A stretch of DNA of 64,000 nucleotides from Octopus sinensis. Lineage: Eukaryota. This document shows positions 53,073 to 64,000 of the stretch, piece after piece (the stretch's first letter is position 1; the number at the start of each line of letters is the position of its first letter). The translations under genes and the position numbers were made by a program. Where the stretch lies: NCBI RefSeq assembly GCF_006345805.1, contig NC_043010.1:23994001-24058000 (forward strand), read 5' to 3'. Under the pieces are notes generated by a model that searched no databases, was not told the origin of the DNA, and saw nothing but the letters and a program-made list of their open reading frames with translations.

Positions 53073-54825
53073 GTGTATATATATTCATGTATATATATTA
53101 TAATATATAAATAAATATATATAATATATAATATATATATCTATATTCATGTATGTATGCATGTATATATGTATGCTTATAGAAACATGTATATGTGATG
53201 TGCATATATATGTACGTATATATATATACCCACATATATGTGTATGTATATGTATATATATATATATATATATACATACATACATACATATGTATATGCG
53301 TATATATGTATATATGTATGTATATATATATATATACATACATATATATGTATATGCGTATATATGTATATATATATATATACATACATATATACGTATA
53401 TGCGTATATATGTATATATATATATATATATGTCTGTCTGTCTGTCTGTCTGTATGTATGTATGTATGTATGTATGTATGTATGTACGTGTGCATGTATG
53501 AAAATAAAGAATAGAAGTGAACAGTTAAAATAATAAATCGGAGAAGCAATGATGTCACCTGCTTATCTCAGCAAAAGGAAAGGCAATTCTAATAAGTCTC
53601 TTATGGTGATGGTTATAACAGCATGACATTTTCATATAATTAGCTCCACGACAAATCTTCCTCTCTTATATTCTTGATGTATGCTGTTTGTTGTTGTATC
53701 CTTGCTATGTCCACCCCCCACCGTTTTTTTAGGACAACTTGTAGTCTATGTTTCAGTTGTTATTGCCTTAGTAACAGTTGTTGTTGTTGCTTTTGCTGTT
53801 GGTTGTTGTTGTTGTTGTGCTGTATCCTTTCATCCAACAAAGTTGGTGAAAGACAGTGTCAAAGGAACCAATTTGACGCATGCCTTCTTAGCATTTTGTT
53901 GAGCTTTCTCTCCCCTGCCGTTTTATATCTTACAAGATCCTATTTTCATTCATTCGTTAATTCTATTTGTTTCTTTGTTGTTTTTCTTGTTTTTTATTTT
54001 TATTTTCGTTATAGCCAATCTTATTCCCTAAAGTAAAGTGACACCGATCGCTAACTACACAAAATCATTACAGTGAAAGGACAAACAATAAAAAAGAAAG
54101 GAAGAAAGAAACCTCGAACCAACTACAAAACAAAATAGAAAAGAATTAAGAAGGAATACGCAACACGCAACCTGAAGTTTGTCCTTGTTAAAGTCAAGAT
54201 GACATTACTAGAAATTACGATGAACTGTTCAAATAATAACATAAAAGAGGCATATAAATAAATTCCGCATAACAATATTATGTGAAATATGTCAGAAGAG
54301 AATCCTTAAAAACGGATTTGTTTGACTCTCTTCCACTTTTGTTATAATTGTATTGTTACTTTAACGAAATATGACGAAACCAAAATTTCAAAATCTAATA
54401 TTTATTTAATGGTGCTCCTCTCAGAATATTTTAAATACTTCATTTATTTTCTATTGTGTTTTCTGCATGCTAATTGATTGATGGTTCATATATCTTGTCG
54501 TCGTACAAACTAGGCAGATGACTGTCGTATCAAATATATTTCCACAGAGAATCTCACGTAAGAAAAACAACGACAACAATAACGGCAAGAAAGCCACCGC
54601 AACGACGACGACGACGACAAAGAAATTGATTGTAAGATAATGGAAGCAATCGGAATCAGGTGTTATTAACGTATCTAAGATTCACCATAGTCATTTCGTT
54701 TTTAAAACTTCACAGCTTTCGTATCATCATGGAATCCATAATAGTTAGATGTTCCTTGTCACGTGCTACTCTCAATCATACACGCGCACACACACACACA
54801 CACACCACACACACACACACACACA

Positions 54826-54879
<54 letters not shown>

Positions 54880-56484
54880 CACATATGTATTATTAATATT
54901 ATTATTATTATTATTATTATTATCATTATTATTAACATCATTCAGTAGTCTTATTTTTATCACGTGCTTTCACTGCACTACCGAGCGCAGCTCTGTGTGC
55001 CTTGGTTATGTGCTGTGGTTTGCTGTGATGCTCTGATGGTTACTGTATTGAAAGTATTTTACGTAGGATGTGTGCGGTGCCTAATAGTGGTATTTTCTAT
55101 TTCGTTATTGGGAGATCGACAAAAAAGTACTCACTTAAGTGAGAGATAAATATCAATTAATACACACACAATTTAAATGCAAGCTACTATGTTTCATGCA
55201 CTCATAGTACAATAGTCGGACAAGCTTGTATTGTGTGCTGTATACTATCATGCAATCTTCTATGGATGTTCTCAGATTATATACAATGAAAAATGAGAAA
55301 GTGAGGGAAAAAAGTTTAACAAAAAGAAAATGAGAAAAAAATACTGAGCAGAGAGACAAGTTGTGTCCCTTTGATCCGTTAGATGGAAATTAAAATGGTT
55401 AGTGTGATTCATTCACTGGGAAGTATTGAAGTTTATAGACTGCTTGCCTGATCTCAAAAGGATGGTGTTATGCGTTTCGATGATAGAAATCTATCTAGAT
55501 GCATGTATTTAGCGAAAATCTCAGATCTAGAATTCAGCCGGTCGGTGGAATTCTTGGATTGAAAAAGGATATGATTTCTTTCGGTTATACAAATACTGCA
55601 TTACCTTTACCCATAAACCAGTTTTGGACCTGAAAGTCAATAATGCCCCAGACAACATAAAGTGAAGCATCGTAAAAGGAACCACACCATACGATGATCA
55701 TGTTGATGTGTCCATCTGTGATTCTCATAAAGGCAGACGTCTGTATGTTTGAGAAGTTCGCTTAATAACCTCCTCGTTCGGGTTTTAGGCCCCTTGCAGG
55801 GCAATTCGAGAAGGACCTTTCTACTGATCAGTACTGTGTCAGTGGATATGAGAGATGAAAGTGCGAGAAAACCTTCACAATTATGAGTGTGTATATGTGT
55901 GCATGTGTGAGTGAATGTTAGCGCTTGAGAATAAAATACAACGTTAGAAAAAATATAAAACTTAGAAATATGAGTTGACTTGTTTCAACATACAATTCGA
56001 GGGATTGTCCCAGAATGACCGGAGTTTGGTAAAAGCAAGTAAAAGAATATACTCGAATCTAAGCATTCCCCATGGAAAAAGAGCTGTCACCGTAGCAATA
56101 AGAAATGTTAGGTTTATTCCTATATTTTGGTTAGTTTTCACAAATCGATAACTGCAAATTTACTGTAGTGTTTGATACACGTAAAGGTGTACACATACTC
56201 ACAAGCATATTCTTATATGAAGGTAGAGTGTTAAGTATAATTACAAGGTGAGAAGAAAACCACGTTTTTTATCTGGAAAGTAGCAAAAGACAGAAAATTG
56301 ATACATAATTACTATTATTGTTATTATTACTATTCTCCATAATTTATGTCTATCGTTGTAATGTACCCCTCACCAGTTGCCCTGGTGGAAAATAAAACAA
56401 ATCATGATCCTCATGATGATGATGATCCTCATCGTCATGATAATCAACATCATCATCATCGTTATTATTATTATTATTATTATT

Positions 56485-59400
56485 TTATGTTTGACTTTTG
56501 CTTTATGTTTGTACAAGTTGGCTCCAAATCTCACCCAGAGACCTCAAGAGACAACAGGTTGGAAGTTCACGTTGTTGTTATGCCTAGTGTGCCATATATT
56601 TGGGGGGTTTTTTGGTGTTGTACTAGTGAATGTCTAATTGATAAATTAAAAAAAAAGTTTGTTTAAACCTTGAGATTACATAGAGAGTATTTTGCATAGG
56701 ATATGAGCAGTTCCCATGAGCATTATCTTTTGAATTTCTGCCATTTTGGGGCTTCCTGGTATCTGAGTTAGGTAGCAATCAGCCCCTTTCGCTATCATGC
56801 CCAGGGCACTTATGACAACAGGTATTGTTTTAGTCTTCAGGTTCACATTTTGCTGATTTCTATTTCAAGATCTTTATATTTGCTCAGTTTTTGGTAGGTC
56901 TTGACAGATACGTTTATATCGATTGGGACAGTCATATCAATGAGGAGGCATGTTCTTTGTCTGAAGTCTTTCAATATGATGTCTGGCCTGTTTGCATCTA
57001 TCTTTCTGTCAGTTTGAATGGTGAAGTTCCAGAGGAATGAGATGTGGTCATTTTCAAGCACTGGAGGGGTATTGTGTTCCCACCAGTTTTTTTCATGGGG
57101 CAAATCCAGGTTTTTGCAAATTACACAGTGAATATATTGTGCAGCTCTATCATTCCTGTTGAGGTACTCTGTAGGGGCTAGAAGGCTGCACTTGGAGACA
57201 ACATGATCAATAGTTTCATTTTGTTGTTGACATACACGACATGTTGGGCTACTGCCGTTCTTTAATATGTTGGCCTGGTAGTTTCTTGTTGGTAGGCATT
57301 GATCTTGAGCTGCTATGATAAACCCTTCTGTTTCAGATTTTAAGCCAGAGGCCATCAGCCATTGATGGTTCAGGGCTTTGTCAATATCTGCATTATTCGC
57401 TCTCTTTGGGCATTTGCCATAGAGAGGTTTTTCTTGCCATTTATTATTCAGAATATCTAAGGCCGCAGTTTTGGCACGGGTTTTCATGCGCTTAGCTTTT
57501 TCTGTGCTTGTCTCTTGTATGAATATCTCTAATTCCAAAATTTGTTGTATTCGGAATTTACTTAGATATTCCTTTGCCTGTTTTGTTACTGAGTATGATG
57601 ATTTCTTGCTTTCATGTTTTGAGACAAGTTTTAACATCCAGTCCTCAGACTTTTTCAGGTAGGTGTCTAGGCCAATTGTAGCAATCTTCATTGTTATTGC
57701 CAGTTGTAAAAGACCACGGCCTCCCTCTTTTCTTGGCAGATAAAGTCGTTCTGTATCTGCCATAGGGTGGTGCATTCTATGCATTGTCAACAGTTTTCGT
57801 ATTTTTCTGTCAAGCATAAATATTTCAGTAATTGACCAGTTAACGATATTGAAACTGCAAGTCACGACTGGTATGGCTAATGCATTGATCGCTACGATCC
57901 TGTTTCTTGCATTCAGCTCTGTCTTGAGTATTGCTCTCACTCTTCCATAACATTCTCTCCTGATCCTTTCCTTCATCTCTGAATGCCTTATTCCGTGCTC
58001 TTCAATTACCCATAGGTACCTGTAGCTCTCCGCTGGGTCTAGTTCTTTTATGACATTCTGCTGGTCAATGTTAACGTTAGATGTTTCTGTCATTTTTCCT
58101 TTGATAAAGGTAGCTTTTGCACATTTATCGAGGCCAAATTGCATTCTGATGTCGTCACTGAATTGTTTGACTATCGCTAGTAAGCCCTTGAGTCGTTGGT
58201 CATTTTTTTGCAAAAAGCTTTAAATCATCCATGTAAATGAGATGATTTATATTTTTATCAAACATTCTATACCCGTACTGCACGTCATTGAGCAGTTTTG
58301 AGAGAGGTATTAAGGCTAAACAAAAGAGGAGTGGTGACAGTGAATCACCCTGGAAAATGCCACATGAAACTTTTTCATCACCATCATTTAGGGTTTCATT
58401 GTCACTGTTCAAAGTTAGTGTGGTTCTCCATGATCTCATACTTACAGTCAAAAAGTTTCGCAGAGTAGGTGCTATCTAATACATTTCCAGGCATTTCTTA
58501 ATCCAGCTATGTGGTAGGCTATCAAAAGCCTTTTTATAGTCTATCCAGGCTATTGATAAGTTTTTGTGTCGTTTGTGACAATCTTCTAAAATCATCTTAT
58601 TGATGAGTAGTTGATCATTACAACCGTAGGATCCACGTTTACATCCTTTCTGTTCATTAGGGAATATGCTGCTGTCTGTTAAAAAAACTATAAGTATATT
58701 CCGTCAGGACAGATGTTAGCGTTTTATACATAGTTGTTAAGCAGGTTATGGGTCTATAGTTTTTTGGTTCATTTTTTTCTTCACTTTTTAGAAGCAGGAA
58801 TGTTAACCCATTAACTAGCCAAGGAGGCATTCTACTAGGGTGTTGCAAAACATCATTGTACAGTTCTGTTAGCAGTTCATGGCTCTCTGGGAAGTTAGGA
58901 ATTTTATCCTTTCCTGGAGACTTCCATTTGCTTCACCTCCTGAAAGCAGATCTTATATCTTCTACCTTGACACCCTCCCACTTTCGCTCTTCTAAGGAGT
59001 CCAGTTCTGTAGATATTCTATCAATCCAGGGGGCCTTTTCGCTGTGTGTTTTTTCTTCTGCCCAAATTTTATTCCAAAATCCCTGCACTTCTTCTTTTGA
59101 TGGTACAGACCTTACAGTAACTGCTGTTTTTCCTATCTTCCTGTAAAAATTTTTGGGGTTATTTTTGAACATGTTGTCCTTGAAAAATCTAACACGCTTT
59201 TAATACCTCGCTATGCGGGCAGCTTTGGCAGATGCCTTTTGTTTGATGGTTTCTATGGTGGCATCAATATCAAGTATAGTTTTCATATTATATCTTTTCA
59301 TTAATTTTTGGGGTTTTGTAGGTCTGGTAGTCTTGTGAACCTTAAGATTTTTCAAATATTCAATGTCAGATCTAAATAGTTTAATTTGTTGTTGCAAACG

Positions 59401-60559
59401 CTCTTGCCAAGAAGGCTTTTTGTGGGAATGTTGCCGTTTTCTAATCTTTACACCACATAGGATCGTTGAGATTTTCGCGGATGCATAGTATAGGTGGTTG
59501 AGATTTGTGATATCAACATCATTAGCTGAAATTATATCCTTAAGTGCAAGCCGGACTTTTCCAATTATTTTCATGTTTTGGTTAGAGTTGCGGATTTTAG
59601 GGAGTTCATCGCGTTCATCCATGCTGGTTTCTTTAATTTTCAGCCATTCAATCATGATTTGATTTTTTAGCTCATGGGTCAATATTTGTGTGACTTTCTT
59701 TATCTATTTGATGTTCATCTCTCTTAGTGTTTATGATTGGTTCAGGGAGTATTTCACTTTGCCTATCACTTATACTAACTCTTTCAATCCTTACTTCATT
59801 TATTCCAGCCCTGGGCTGGTCGATAATTATTTCCTCTGTATTATCTTCTCTAGCTGCAGCTTCGTTCATTTTATCCGATATTGCTTGTCTAATTTGATCA
59901 ATCTCTACTTCAGTCAGTATTTTTTTTTTATAATGTTTCTTCTAACGTTGGCAAGTTTGTTACTGTCTATGTAGGGTCTTGTTTCAGGGTGTTTCTGTCT
60001 CCAGTTTAAGTATGTTTGTGCAGTGTTAGATTTATCTGTGGGGAAATATATGGCATGGTAGAAGGCCTCAAGAACTTCTTTATTATCTTCCCTAGACCAT
60101 TTTTCCTTCTTTTTCTTTTGATTATTTGGTGATGAGCATGGATGGCCATCTGTTGGAATATTCCGGTTGTGGGGTACGTCCAGCTCCTGTGTGTTGGGAA
60201 GATTTGATCCAGTAGCTGACTTTTCAATCAGAATTTGGTTCAATCTTCGGGTACGTGGTCTTTTGTAATCCGCGCGATGACCATTGCGGTTTGTAGTTTG
60301 CTTTGTTGACATTGACGCATGACGAGCTTCCCCTCTTACATTAGGAGATGGATCTGTCAGTTTAGGGTTCTCTACACGTAAGCATTGCTCGTAGCGCAGC
60401 TTCTTAAGGCTAGCAGATCTGTATTCGTCTGTATTTTTTTTGTTGATAGTTTTATCTCCGAACATATGTTTTTTCCTTTTTCCTTTCCTTCTCTTCCTTT
60501 TTTCTTCTCTCTTTTTTCTTTCTCCTTCCTTCTTTTCCCTTCCTCTTTTAAACTTATAA

Positions 60560-60560
<1 letters not shown>
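56485..60560 (-). mobile_element. Apparently full-length (~4.1 kb) R4/Dong element (subfamily A, copy 2), decayed
   Basis: (TAA)n at both ends; ~95 nt purine-rich 5'UTR; ATG at 60465; ORF pieces down to 56843; same 3'UTR as copy 1; nonsense and frameshift lesions. Confidence 0.95.
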
Positions 60561-60607
<47 letters not shown>

Positions 60608-60666
60608 TTATTATTATTATTATTATCATTATTATTATTATCATTATTATTATTATTATTATTATT

Positions 60667-63357
60667 GAATGCATCAAAGTGACACAGGGGTAAAATATAC
60701 GAAGCCCAGTATACCCATCATCACTACCCGTCTGATGAGGGTACACCCGGCACATGCATCACAACAATATCTGCGTGACATGTTGATCTCATATCAGGAT
60801 TAACATTGCAGGTGAGGCCCAGTTGCAATTTTCGTCAAGTCGAGTAGCTCACCCTGCTCAAAAGATCCCTGAATAAGGCTTGTTTTCATTATTTCACTGG
60901 TATTCCAGTTAAGCACATTGAAGCTATAAAGAACAACTGATACTGCTAAGGAATTTATGGCTAACACCTTATTATATGCATTCAGCTCAGACTTCAGGAC
61001 TGCTCGAACTCTTCTATAACATTCCTTCCTAACCTTCTCTTTCATGCTTGCATGCTGGGTACCATTTATTTCTAGGTATTTATAGGTTTGTTCCTGCTCA
61101 AGTTCCTTTATTACTATTTCGACATCTAATTCGATTGAACCTTCTTAAAAGTGGCCTTGGCACACTTTTCAAGGCCAAACTCCATCCCGATATCGTCACT
61201 GAATCCTTTCATGGTATGTAATAATCCTTCAAGCTCTTCATCATCTTTGCTGTATAGCTTTAAATCATCCATATAAAATAGATGGCTTATTTTTCTGTTG
61301 TCAATTTTGTAGCCATATCCTGTTCTATTCAGTTCACTTGAGAGTGGTATTAGTGCTATGCAGAAAATTAGTGGTGAAAGTGTGTCAACTTGAAAAATTC
61401 CACAGTTAATGCTAATGTTGTTTGAGCGCAATACTCCATTAGAATGATATAATTGGAGCTTCGTGTTCCATAGTGACATATTATACTTTAAAAAATCTGA
61501 AATCACAGGAGAAATTTTGAAAATGTCCAACGATTTCAAAATCCACGAATGCGGTATGCTGACAAAGGCTTTTTGATAATCAATCCATGAAGAGCTGAGA
61601 TTTCTGCGCTTGTTATGGCAGTTCTCAAGAATCATGCGATTAATTAGGAGCTGATCTTTGCATCCGTATGAGCCTCGTCTGCATCCTTTTTGTTCAGTGG
61701 GAAAGAGGTTATTCTCTTCCATAAACGTATGTTTTCTCTACTAGAATAGGTGTCAAAATCTTATAGGTAGTAGATAAACATGTTACAGGCCGGTAGTTTT
61801 TTGGTTCTTTCGTTTTGTGTTTTGGGGGAGGAGGTAAGTAATACCATTTGCCATCCAATGGGGTGTTTTTTTCGGATCTTTCATAATACTATTAAATAGT
61901 ATTACTAACATTATGTTTGCGGACGAGAGTGATGAGAGCTAGAAATTTGGTACTCTATCAATACCAGGGGATTTCCACTTATGGGCCTTCTTAGGTCGAC
62001 GATTGAGATGTCTTCCCATACCTGTTCTTGTAGACTTTTATAGTCATCTTGGGTGCGTTTGATCCACACTGCATTTTCATTGTATGGTTTCTCATCACTC
62101 CAGATCCCCTTCCAAAAGTTTTCAACTTCTTCCATTAGGGGTGGATTTTCAATGGTTATTTTTTTTCTTTCTCTATTTCCCTGTAAAATGATTTGGCATT
62201 GGATTTGAACATCTTATTTTGTTTGTAGAATTTGATTCTTTTCTCAAATCTGCGGATTCTCTGAGCTTTTGCTTGAACTTTTTGTTTAAGTGCTTCTTTC
62301 GCTGACATTAGTTCTTCTCTTGTTGAGTGTCCATATTTTCTCACAATCTTCCTGCATTTTCTTGATCTTACATCATTTTCAGAGATTAGCTCAGTTAATA
62401 TTGATATCTCCCTTCGCAATGATTCAATTTCAGTTTCAATTCTACTCCTCCAGTTTGATTTTCTTTTCGAATTTGGTATTTTTGGCTTTTTTGGGTGTTA
62501 AACAGCGTCTTTCGATTACCTTAGCGACAGAGTAAATAATTTCATTGAATTTATTAAGATCGGGTTTTAGTTGGTGTATGATTTCTTGTGTAACGCAGTT
62601 GCCAATTTTTATTTGTGTTTTATGTTGGTGTGCATTTGAGAGTTTATGGAGTGGTTCCCTATCATTCATAGTTGTATGGCCTACAACTGCAATCTCATTC
62701 AGAACTTCTTGCTTCATTTCAATTATAGATTTTCTGTGTTGTTTAACAAACATGTAGTCTTCAAATTCTGCTTCGACATCATTTTCCAGGCTGTTTTTTC
62801 CAGGGTCATTATATTTTCCTTTTCCTTCAGGATCTTGAGTCGTTTCGGCAGATGGTCGCCTTTCAGTCAATGCTTGTGGCTCAGCTTAGTTATTTCTTTC
62901 CTGACTTACATTTAGGTCATTCTCTGCCACTTTTCTAATAGAGGTTAATTCTGCATCTGTGAGTCTAGTATTTCTGAAGATATCTCTTCTAACATTTGCT
63001 AACTTGTTTTCATCCAGGTTTGGTCTGCTAGCTCCAAATTCTGTAGGAGTTTGCGGTGTGTTTCTCTCGGGTTGGCCTACTTAATGCAAAGTAATAAGCA
63101 TATATTACTTCTTTATATTCTTCCCGGTTCCATTTAGTTCTTTTACTTTTTTGATTTTCTGGTCGTTGTGGTGGTGAACTTTGGGGGCTTAATTTGGGAC
63201 AAATCCCGATTAAGTGACCTTCCAGGTTCGTATTCGGGGAAGATAGTCTGCCATTTGGAAATTTTTCGCCATCAGGCTGGCAGCCTCCTAGCGGGCGCGC
63301 TTCCTGTATAACCATTGGACAAGCGATTCAGTGTACTGTTAGAAATTTTCTTTTCAA
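60667..63357 (-). mobile_element. R4/Dong element (subfamily C) with 5' end, RT, an internal deletion of the knuckle/endonuclease region, and 3' end
   Basis: ATG at 63315; WIDYQKAF, GIFQVDTLSP, YMDDLKLY. Sequence jumps at ~60886 from NWNTSEIM into a segment whose terminus matches 1116-1164, then (TAA)n. Confidence 0.88.
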
Positions 63358-63429
63358 GTAAAGTTAAATTATTATTAAGTTTTCATTAAAAAAAACCCCC
63401 ACTAATCTTCACACAGGGGCCTCATTTAT

Positions 63430-63483
63430 AATCATTAGCAGCAGCAGCCCCAGTAGTTGTAGCAGCAGCAATATCATCGTCAG

Positions 63484-63576
<93 letters not shown>

Positions 63577-63597
63577 TATTATTATTATTATTATTAC

Positions 63598-63640
<43 letters not shown>

Positions 63641-63683
63641 GTTATTATTATTATTATTATTATCATTATCATCATCATCATCA

Positions 63684-63715
<32 letters not shown>

Positions 63716-63735
63716 GTTGTTGTTGTTATTTATAT
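63430..63735. repeat. (GCA)/(ATT)/(ATC)/(GTT) compound microsatellite
   Basis: Directly visible. Confidence 0.95.
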
Positions 63736-64000
63736 TATATACATTTGACGGATATTTGTCCTCAACTTGTTTGTTGCTAACACAACGTTTCAGCTCGTAT
63801 GCCCTCTTGGCTTGGGGGGTGTTTTTTTCCAACGGTTGTAATGGATCCTCTCACGAACGAGGGCATGTTCTGCGCTTTCCACTACTCTTCTAACTTTATA
63901 TGAGTTCACTGGTGTCATTATATTCAAGCCAGATAGTATTAGCTTTGAGTCTCTACATCTACGCAGGATGTCTTGGGGACACCTGATGAAGGCTGGAGGG
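63736..64000. mobile_element. Family 1 PLE terminal repeats in inverted arrangement; right copy cut by the window edge
   Basis: 63740-63800 matches 44560-44610; 63978-64000 reads GACAC-CTGATGA-A-GGCTG-GAGGG (intact 5' half of the hammerhead). Confidence 0.75.

Noticed and set aside
60732-60752. CTGATGA-GGGT ac ACCC-GGCA in the Dong 3'UTR
   Set aside because: GGCA replaces GAAA, and the motif is antisense to the element.
60466-63400. HDV-like ribozyme in Dong 5'UTRs, as in R2
   Set aside because: The 5'UTRs are short and A/purine-rich with no nested pseudoknot pairing visible.

Overview
AT-rich, microsatellite-saturated animal genomic DNA; the SINE repertoire suggests a cephalopod (Octopus-like) genome, which is inference. 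No intact host gene can be supported. Almost all listed ORFs are microsatellite translations or broken retroelement ORFs. The window holds: (1) five pieces of R4/Dong-clade RT+RLE non-LTR retrotransposons from three subfamilies (here A, C, D), stacked in (TAA)n arrays at both ends; the two A copies form a ~3.6 kb inverted pair ~50 kb apart. (2) Two coding Penelope-like elements (RT + GIY-YIG) of different groups, a third fossil one, and several non-coding PLE-like units. (3) Mariner, maT-like and pogo-like DNA transposon remnants, including a two-left-end foldback mariner and a near-perfect 672 bp foldback. (4) Many tRNA-derived SINEs. (5) A 100-N gap. The most notable signal is at least four sequence-distinct families of minimal type I hammerhead ribozyme motifs, with palindromic stem III variants (ACGU, ACUAGU, AGUACU) and non-canonical cores. 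Most sit in inverted (palindromic) arrangements, including an ORF-less ~530 bp palindrome with one hammerhead motif per arm. Coordinates were read by eye and may be off by a few bases.
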